A stretch of 14,237 nucleotides of DNA from Candidatus Aenigmatarchaeota archaeon (lineage in GTDB: Archaea; Aenigmatarchaeota; Aenigmatarchaeia; QMZP01): assembly GCA_039091855.1 (NCBI GenBank), contig JAWCLA010000016.1:1-14237 (forward strand), given 5' to 3'. A program made the translations under genes and the position numbers. Positions 14,044 to 14,237 of this stretch are shown here, piece after piece. Every line of letters begins with the position of its first letter. The stretch's first letter is position 1. The notes beneath the pieces are model-generated. The model made no database searches, was not told where the DNA came from, and was given only the letters and a program-made list of their open reading frames with translations.

Positions 14044-14080
14044 GTGTGAGAAAAGGCATGTAGCCAGCCATGCCCTTTCC
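14044..14080 (-). other. 23S BHB intron, 37 nt (after ~A1571)
   Basis: Helix GUGA/UCAC, bulges AA|G and AC|A; 11-bp stem GAAAGGGCAUG/CAUGCCUUUUC; splicing restores CCGUGAAAAGG. Confidence 0.92.
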
Positions 14081-14237
14081 TTTCACGGGCTCCAGGAATC
14101 AGCAGAACCTGCATAACAGGCCATTCCCAAATTTGCCTGTTTCTCACCATTATGGTACTCCACAGGCTTGAAAGGTTAGATGCACAGAGTGCACTCTACC
14201 TATCCCGAAGCGTCAGAAACCAGTCCTGCGTTGCCGC

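Larger units (their letters stand above)
11140..14237 (-). rRNA. rrl: 23S rRNA gene, 3' half, interrupted by 15 introns; 5' part outside the window, 3' end approximate
   Basis: Conserved motifs in the correct order on the minus strand after removing the inserts: GGAAUUAGGCAAAUUGG, GGUAACUCUGACCGUCUUAAGGUAGCG (H69-H70), GAGAAGACCCCG, P-loop CUGGGGCGG, GGGAUAA, GCUGGGUU, SRL AGUACGAAAGGA, GCAUCUAAGC. About 1470 exon nt remain. Confidence 0.98.

Noticed and set aside
11314-14080. Regularly spaced short hairpins as a CRISPR-like array
   Set aside because: The intervening sequences are rRNA exons and the inserts are not identical repeats.

Overview
Archaeal genomic window; a DPANN-like origin is inferred from gene content and rRNA divergence, not proven. 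The left 9.6 kb holds mostly housekeeping genes: 3' end of a thermosome subunit, TFB, an MraZ-like protein, a Hef helicase whose ERCC4 nuclease half is a separate gene, an orphan PorD-type ferredoxin, a DUF5654-like membrane protein, CTP synthase, a stand-alone tRNA-binding domain and two convergent surface proteins, one with three 10-Cys repeats. Next come an unexplained structured intergenic region, an unusually built RNase P RNA (minus strand) and a DedA/VTT-like gene. The window ends in the 3' half of a minus-strand 23S rRNA gene. By-eye alignment to conserved 23S sequence shows 15 insertions bounded by bulge-helix-bulge (BHB) or relaxed BHB motifs: 14 mini-introns of 30-116 nt and one 904-nt intron encoding a double-LAGLIDADG homing endonuclease. 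Four mini-introns share a UUGAY...GUCUUUC stem motif, which recurs in a BHB-like element inside the RNase P RNA. The peptidyl-transferase centre carries many covarying substitutions at normally near-invariant positions. E. coli rRNA numbering is from recalled sequence and is approximate.
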